In this document: one piece after another, positions 24,755 through 32,000 of the stretch
Layout of the letters: each line of letters opens with the position of its first letter
How positions within the stretch are numbered: position 1 is the stretch's first letter
Source: Cereibacter sphaeroides 2.4.1
Lineage (GTDB): Bacteria > Pseudomonadota > Alphaproteobacteria > Rhodobacterales > Rhodobacteraceae
Direction of reading: 5' to 3'
Assembly (NCBI RefSeq): GCF_000012905.2
Contig: NC_007493.2
Coordinates: forward strand, 2,700,001 to 2,732,000
DNA: 32,000 nucleotides
Position numbers and translations under genes: made by a program
Notes under the pieces: model-generated
What the model saw: the letters and a program-made list of their open reading frames with translations, nothing else
Databases searched by the model: none
What the model was told of the DNA's origin: nothing

Positions 24755-27717
24755 CAGCTCCCGATCGTCAGCGCGTCATTCACCAGCGCGTCCTGCTCGG
24801 CCTTGTGGCGGCTGGCGAGACCCGTGGCGGGCGAGGCCGAGGCCGACCGGCCGGCATAGATGGCGCGCGTGTGGCTGGCGCCGATCCGCGTCAGCACCCA
24901 TTCGAGGTTCGGCTCGACGAAGGTCCAGCCGCCCTGGTTCTTGGGTTCCTCCTGGCACCAGACGATCTGGGCATTCTTGAAGCGGCCCAGTTCCTTCACG
25001 AGGCTCAGCGCCGGGAAGGGATAGAACTGCTCGAGACGCATCAGGTAGACATCGTCGATGCCCCGCTTGTCGCGCTCGGCGAGGAGGTCGTAGTAGACCT
25101 TGCCCGAGCACATGACGACACGGCGGATCTGCTCGTCGGGCTTCAGCACCGTTTCCGAGTGGCCCTTCTGCGCATCGTCCCACAGCACCCGGTGGAAGCC
25201 CGAGCCGGTGGTGAAATCCTCGGCGTTCGAGATGCAGAGCGGATGGCGCAGCAGCGACTTCGGCGTCATCAGGATCAGCGGCTTGCGGAAGTTCCGGTGG
25301 ATCTGCCGCCGCAGGATGTGGAAGTAGTTCGCGGGCGTCGAGCAGTTGGCCACGATCCAGTTGTCGTTGGCCGACATCTGGAGGAACCGCTCGAGCCGGG
25401 CCGAGGAGTGCTCGGGGCCCTGCCCCTCGAAGCCGTGCGGCAGCAGGACGACGAGGCCCGACATGCGCAGCCACTTCGATTCGCCCGAGTTGATGAACTG
25501 GTCGAACATGATCTGGGCGCCGTTGGCGAAATCGCCGAACTGGGCCTCCCACATCACCAGCGCATTGGGCTCGGCCAGCGAGTAGCCGTATTCGAACCCG
25601 AGCACGGCATATTCCGACAGCATCGAGTCGATGACCTCGTAGCGCGCCTGACCCGACCGGATGTTGTTCAGCGGGTAGTAGCGTTCCTCGGTCGACTGGT
25701 TGATGAAGGCCGAATGCCGCTGGCTGAAGGTGCCGCGGGTGCAGTCCTGCCCCGAGAGGCGCACCGGATAGCCCTCGACCACGAACGAGCCGAAGGCCAG
25801 AGCCTCGCCCGTCGCCCAGTCGAAGCCGCGGCCGGTCTCGAACATCTGCTTCTTGGCCTCGAGCTGGCGCCCGACGGTCTTGTGCAGGTCGAAGCCCTCG
25901 GGCACGCGCGTCAGCGCCTGACCGATCTCCTGCAGGGTCTCGGCCGAGATCGAGGTGCGGCCCGGCTGATATTCGTCGCCGTGCCGGTCGATGTGCTTCC
26001 AGCGCCCGTCGAGCCAGTCGGCCTTGTTGGGCTTGAAGTCCTTGCCGGCCTCGAACTCCTCGTTGAGCTTGGCCTGGAAGGCGGCCTTCATGTCCTCGAT
26101 CTCGCCCTCGGGGATCAGCCCGTCGCGCACCAGACGCTCGGTATAAAGCTGGAGCGTCGTCTTGTGCTTCTTGATCGAGGTATACATCGAGGGGTTGGTG
26201 AACATCGGTTCATCCCCCTCGTTGTGGCCGAAGCGGCGGTAGCAGAAGATGTCGATGACGACATCCTTGTGGAACTTCTGCCGGAACTCGGTCGCCACCT
26301 TGGCGGCATGGACCACCGCCTCGGGATCGTCGCCGTTCACATGGAAGATCGGTGCCTCGACCATCAGCGCGATGTCGGTCGGATAGGGCGAGGAGCGCGA
26401 GAAGGAAGGCGCGGTGGTGAAGCCGATCTGGTTGTTCACCACGATATGGATCGTGCCGCCGGTGCGGTGACCGACGAGGCCCGACAGGCCGAAACATTCG
26501 GCCACGACGCCCTGCCCCGCGAAGGCCGCGTCGCCGTGCAGCAGGATCGGCAGGACCGTGTGGCGCGTCTTGTCGCCGGCCTGCTCCTGCTTGGCGCGGA
26601 CCTTGCCCAGCACGACCGGGTTCACCGCCTCGAGGTGCGAGGGGTTCGCGGTCAGCGACAGGTGGACGGTGTTGCCGTCGAAGTCACGGTCAGAGGAGGC
26701 GCCGAGGTGATATTTTACGTCGCCCGAGCCGTCGACCTCTTCCGGCTTGAAGCTGCCGCCCTGAAATTCGTTGAAGATGGCGCGGTAGGGCTTGGCCATC
26801 ACGTTGGCCAGCACCGAGAGGCGGCCGCGGTGCGGCATGCCCACCACGATCTCCTTCACGCCGAGCGCGCCGCCGCGCTTGATGATCTGCTCCATGGCGG
26901 GGATGAGCGCCTCGCCGCCGTCGAGACCGAAGCGCTTGGTGCCCATGTACTTGACATGGAGGAACTTCTCGAAGCCCTCGGCCTCGACCAGCTTGTTCAG
27001 GATCGCACGCCGGCCCTCGCGGGTGAAGTGGATCTCCTTGCCGTAGCCCTCGATGCGCTCCTTGAGCCAGGCCGCCTGTTCGGGGTCGGAAATATGCATG
27101 TATTGCAGCGCAAAAGTGCCGCAGTAGGTGCGCTTGACGATATCCACGATCTGCCGCATGGAAGCGACCTGAAGACCGAGCACATTGTCGATGAAGATCG
27201 GCCGGTCCATGTCGGCATCGGTAAAGCCGTAGGACTTCGGGTCGAGCTCGGGGTGGTTCGTGGTGTTGCGCAGCCCGAGCGGATCGAGATCGGCGGCGAG
27301 GTGGCCGCGGATCCGGTAGGCCCGGATAATCATCAGCGCCCGGATCGAATCGAGCACGGCGCGCTGCACCTGAGCGTCGCTGAGACTCACGCCCTGTTCG
27401 GCGGCCTTGGCCTGAATCTTCTGCCCGGCAGCCTTCGCCTCCTTGGCAGGAGCGGCGGGCCATTCGCCGGTCAGCGCGGCGGTCAGGTCGTCCGCCGGCA
27501 TCGGCGGCCAGTCCGGCCGCGACCAGGAGGGGCCATGCGCCTGACGCTTGGCGTCGAGCTCGCTGTCGCCCAGCGAACGGAACAACTCCGCCCAGCCCGC
27601 ATCGACGGAGGCGGGGTCTTCGGCATAACGTGCCTGCAACTGGTCAATATACTCGGCATTCTGCCCCTGGAGGAAACTCGAGGCATGGAACTGCGCGTTC
27701 GGAGACTGTTCCGTCAT
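24754..27717 (-). CDS. sucA: 2-oxoglutarate dehydrogenase E1 component, about 987 aa
   Basis: Track ORF 24754..27732. I prefer ATG 27717 ([29 protein letters not shown] 6 nt upstream) over ATG 27732 (MSGAAM, no SD). The 15-nt difference is unresolved. E1o-typical sequence runs throughout. Confidence 0.95.
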   Translation of the reverse strand: MTEQSPNAQFHASSFLQGQNAEYIDQLQARYAEDPASVDAGWAELFRSLGDSELDAKRQAHGPSWSRPDWPPMPADDLTAALTGEWPAAPAKEAKAAGQKIQAKAAEQGVSLSDAQVQRAVLDSIRALMIIRAYRIRGHLAADLDPLGLRNTTNHPELDPKSYGFTDADMDRPIFIDNVLGLQVASMRQIVDIVKRTYCGTFALQYMHISDPEQAAWLKERIEGYGKEIHFTREGRRAILNKLVEAEGFEKFLHVKYMGTKRFGLDGGEALIPAMEQIIKRGGALGVKEIVVGMPHRGRLSVLANVMAKPYRAIFNEFQGGSFKPEEVDGSGDVKYHLGASSDRDFDGNTVHLSLTANPSHLEAVNPVVLGKVRAKQEQAGDKTRHTVLPILLHGDAAFAGQGVVAECFGLSGLVGHRTGGTIHIVVNNQIGFTTAPSFSRSSPYPTDIALMVEAPIFHVNGDDPEAVVHAAKVATEFRQKFHKDVVIDIFCYRRFGHNEGDEPMFTNPSMYTSIKKHKTTLQLYTERLVRDGLIPEGEIEDMKAAFQAKLNEEFEAGKDFKPNKADWLDGRWKHIDRHGDEYQPGRTSISAETLQEIGQALTRVPEGFDLHKTVGRQLEAKKQMFETGRGFDWATGEALAFGSFVVEGYPVRLSGQDCTRGTFSQRHSAFINQSTEERYYPLNNIRSGQARYEVIDSMLSEYAVLGFEYGYSLAEPNALVMWEAQFGDFANGAQIMFDQFINSGESKWLRMSGLVVLLPHGFEGQGPEHSSARLERFLQMSANDNWIVANCSTPANYFHILRRQIHRNFRKPLILMTPKSLLRHPLCISNAEDFTTGSGFHRVLWDDAQKGHSETVLKPDEQIRRVVMCSGKVYYDLLAERDKRGIDDVYLMRLEQFYPFPALSLVKELGRFKNAQIVWCQEEPKNQGGWTFVEPNLEWVLTRIGASHTRAIYAGRSASASPATGLASRHKAEQDALVNDALTIGS

Positions 27718-27737
27718 GGCTGCACCTGACATCTGAA

Positions 27738-27764
27738 GGGTCCGCGACGCGGCGCCGCGGACCC
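27738..27764 (-). other. 9-bp GC hairpin in the sucD-sucA intergenic spacer
   Basis: gggtccgcg (27738-27746) pairs with cgcggaccc (27756-27764) around a 9-nt loop. No U-tract. Possible partial terminator or processing site within the operon. Confidence 0.3.
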
Positions 27765-27771
27765 GGGAAGT

Positions 27772-28656
27772 TTACTTGCCGAGCGCCTGCATCACCGCTT
27801 CGCCCAGATGGGCCGGGCTGTCGGCGACGACGATACCCGCGCTCTTCATCGCTTCGATCTTCGACTCCGCATCGCCCTTGCCGCCCGAGACGATGGCACC
27901 GGCATGGCCCATGCGGCGGCCCGGAGGCGCCGTGCGGCCGGCGATGAAGCCCGCGGTGGGCTTCCAGCGGCCGCGCTTCTTCTCGTCGGCGAGGAACTGG
28001 GCCGCTTCCTCTTCGGCCGAGCCGCCGATCTCGCCGATCATGATGATCGACTGGGTTTCCGGGTCGGCGAGGAACATCTCGAGCACGTCGATGTGCTCGG
28101 TGCCCTTGATCGGGTCGCCGCCGATGCCCACGGCCGAAGACTGGCCGAGCCCGAGATCCGAAGTCTGTTTCACGGCCTCATAGGTAAGCGTCCCCGAGCG
28201 CGAAACAACACCGACCGAGCCCCGCTTGTGGATATGGCCCGGCATGATGCCGATCTTGCAGGCGCCGGGCGTGATGACGCCGGGGCAGTTCGGCCCGATC
28301 AGCCGCGAGGACGAGCCCTGCAGCGCGCGCTTGACCTTCATCATGTCGAGCACCGGGATGCCCTCGGTGATGCAGACGATGAGCTCCATCTCGGCGTCGA
28401 TCGCCTCGAGGATCGAGTCGGCCGCGAAGGGCGGCGGGACATAGATCACAGAGGCGTTGGCGCCGGTGACTTCGCGGGCCTCGTAGACCGAGTTGAACAC
28501 GGGCAGCCCCAGATGCTCGGAGCCGCCCTTGCCGGGCGTCACGCCGCCGACCATCTTCGTGCCGTAGGCGATCGCCTGCTCGGTGTGGAAGGTGCCCTGG
28601 CTGCCGGTGATGCCCTGGCAGATGACCTTGGTATTTTCGTTGACGAGAACGGCCAT
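27772..28656 (-). CDS. sucD: succinate--CoA ligase subunit alpha, 294 aa
   Basis: Track [27 protein letters not shown]. The phosphohistidine loop is RMGHAGAI. The start lies 4 nt after the sucC stop, with AAGGGA upstream. Confidence 0.97.
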   Translation of the reverse strand: MAVLVNENTKVICQGITGSQGTFHTEQAIAYGTKMVGGVTPGKGGSEHLGLPVFNSVYEAREVTGANASVIYVPPPFAADSILEAIDAEMELIVCITEGIPVLDMMKVKRALQGSSSRLIGPNCPGVITPGACKIGIMPGHIHKRGSVGVVSRSGTLTYEAVKQTSDLGLGQSSAVGIGGDPIKGTEHIDVLEMFLADPETQSIIMIGEIGGSAEEEAAQFLADEKKRGRWKPTAGFIAGRTAPPGRRMGHAGAIVSGGKGDAESKIEAMKSAGIVVADSPAHLGEAVMQALGK

Positions 28657-28660
28657 CGGA

Positions 28661-29854
28661 TTATCCCTTCACCGCTTTGACGATCTTCTGTGCCGCGTCC
28701 GACAGATTGTCGCCCGCGATGACGTTGAGGCCGGAATTCGCGATGATCTCCTTGCCCTTCTCGACGTTCGTGCCCTCGAGGCGCACGACCAGCGGAACCT
28801 GCAGCCCCACTTCCTTCACCGCGGCGATGATGCCTTCCGCGATGATGTCGCAGCGCATGATGCCGCCGAAGATGTTGACGAGGATGCCCTTCACGTTCGG
28901 GTCCGAGGTGATGATCTTGAAGGCCTCGGTCACCTTCTCCTTCGTGGCGCCGCCGCCCACGTCGAGGAAGTTCGCAGGCTCCGCGCCGTAGAGCTTGATG
29001 ATGTCCATCGTGGCCATGGCGAGGCCCGCGCCGTTCACCATGCAGCCGATCTCGCCGTCGAGCGCGATGTAGTTCAGGTCGAACTTCGAGGCCGCGAGTT
29101 CCTTCGGATCCTCTTCGGTCTCGTCGCGCAGCGCCATGACGTCGGACTGGCGGTAGAGCGCGTTGTTGTCGAAGCCCACCTTGGCGTCGAGCACCTTGAG
29201 GTTGCCGTCGGTCATGACGATCAGCGGGTTGATCTCGAGCATCTCCATGTCCTTCTCGACGAAGGCGCGGTAGAGGTTCTTGACCAGCTGCACGCATTGC
29301 TTGACCTGCGCGCCTTCGAGCCCGAGGGCGAAGGCGACGCGGCGGCCGTGGAAGTCCGACAGGCCCGAGGCCGGATCGACCGAGAAGGAGACGATCTTCT
29401 CGGGCGTCGAGGCCGCCACTTCCTCGATGTCCATCCCGCCTTCGGTCGAGACGACGAAGGAGATGCGCGAGGTGCCGCGGTCCACCAGCAGCGCGAGGTA
29501 GAGCTCGCGCGCAATGTCCGAGCCTTCCTCGATGTAGATGCGGTTCACCTGCTTGCCGGCCGGGCCGGTCTGGTGGGTGACGAGCGTGCGGCCCAGCATC
29601 TGCTTGGCAAGCTCGGCCGCTTCGCCCACGGACTTGGCCAGACGCACGCCGCCCTTCTCGCCCGCTTCCGGCTCCTTGAATTTGCCCTTGCCGCGTCCGC
29701 CCGCATGGATCTGCGCCTTGACGACCCAGAGCGGCCCGCCGAGCTCGCCTGCCGCGGATTTGGCTTCGTCGGCCTTCAGCACGACCCGGCCGTCGGACAC
29801 CGGCGCACCGTAGCTGCGCAGGAGCGCCTTCGCCTGGTATTCGTGGATGTTCAT
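28661..29854 (-). CDS. sucC: ADP-forming succinate--CoA ligase subunit beta, 397 aa
   Basis: Track [22 protein letters not shown], an ATP-grasp-type SucC sequence throughout. Confidence 0.97.
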   Translation of the reverse strand: MNIHEYQAKALLRSYGAPVSDGRVVLKADEAKSAAGELGGPLWVVKAQIHAGGRGKGKFKEPEAGEKGGVRLAKSVGEAAELAKQMLGRTLVTHQTGPAGKQVNRIYIEEGSDIARELYLALLVDRGTSRISFVVSTEGGMDIEEVAASTPEKIVSFSVDPASGLSDFHGRRVAFALGLEGAQVKQCVQLVKNLYRAFVEKDMEMLEINPLIVMTDGNLKVLDAKVGFDNNALYRQSDVMALRDETEEDPKELAASKFDLNYIALDGEIGCMVNGAGLAMATMDIIKLYGAEPANFLDVGGGATKEKVTEAFKIITSDPNVKGILVNIFGGIMRCDIIAEGIIAAVKEVGLQVPLVVRLEGTNVEKGKEIIANSGLNVIAGDNLSDAAQKIVKAVKG

Positions 29855-29959
29855 TGAACTGTCCCATCGCTGATGATTTGCGGCGTGATGCCACAGAAAC
29901 GGGCGCGATCAAAACGGGTTTTGCGCTACCAAGAGTAATTCCGCGCAAAATTCCGGGTT

Positions 29960-29990
29960 TGTGATCACGGGCTCGAAGGGTGTGATCACA
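29960..29990. promoter_or_regulatory. two copies of the palindrome TGTGATCAC(A) spaced 21 bp apart, upstream of sucC (candidate paired operator)
   Basis: TGTGATCAC at 29960-29968 and the perfect 10-bp palindrome TGTGATCACA at 29981-29990. They lie 106-136 nt upstream of the sucC ATG (29854) and downstream of the mdh terminator. Confidence 0.3.
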
Positions 29991-30027
29991 AGCGTGGATG
30001 CCGCGCCCCTGAGCGATCCAGACGCTT

Positions 30028-30060
30028 AAAGAAAAAGGCGCGCCGGAGATCCGGCGCGCC
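30028..30060 (-). terminator. rho-independent terminator of mdh
   Basis: On the minus strand GGCGCGCCGG, loop ATCT, CCGGCGCGCC (30060-30037), followed immediately by TTTTTCTTT (30036-30028). It lies 24 nt after the mdh stop. Confidence 0.8.
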
Positions 30061-30083
30061 CTGTGAAACTGCGTTGGACCGAC

Positions 30084-31986
<1,903 letters not shown>

Positions 31987-32000
31987 TTTCTGCGCCGCGG

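Noticed and set aside
29960-29990. Assigning the TGTGATCAC(A) sites to CRP or FNR/FnrL
   Set aside because: CRP (TGTGA-N6-TCACA) and FNR (TTGAT-N4-ATCAA) consensus sites need a spacer between the half-sites, and here the arms abut. I report the motif as unassigned.

Overview
High-GC (about 68-70%) alphaproteobacterial chromosome segment, densely coded and mostly on the minus strand. From memory, and unverifiable here, gene content and order match the central-carbon region of Cereibacter (Rhodobacter) sphaeroides chromosome 1. I support 22 protein genes from the ORF track: otsB-otsA, an M20 metallopeptidase, and a tightly coupled three-gene operon (transglutaminase/DUF2126 protein, circularly permuted ATP-grasp fused to alpha-E, second transglutaminase). 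The rest are a secreted 5'-nucleotidase, DUF952 overlapping pyrD, a stand-alone Lrp/AsnC ligand-binding protein, an orphan RecD-like SF1B helicase, divergent ccr and ecm (ethylmalonyl-CoA pathway), mdh, sucC-sucD-sucA-sucB, a MAPEG gene, lpdA, and a TauE/SafE permease. I also hand-translated two small ORFs below the track's 60-aa cutoff: a 53-aa two-helix membrane peptide and a 57-aa protein upstream of the helicase. There are no rRNA or tRNA genes, CRISPR arrays, transposases, integrases or prophage signatures. The best candidate for an undescribed system is the functionally orphan ATP-grasp/alpha-E/double-transglutaminase operon (4892..11484). Other points worth a look are a perfect 17-unit heptanucleotide microsatellite (GAGAGCC) in a promoter-proximal intergenic gap, paired TGTGATCAC(A) palindromes upstream of sucC, a palindrome over a putative ecm promoter, and a duplicated lipoyl domain in SucB. 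The many long ORFs antisense to these genes are high-GC artefacts.
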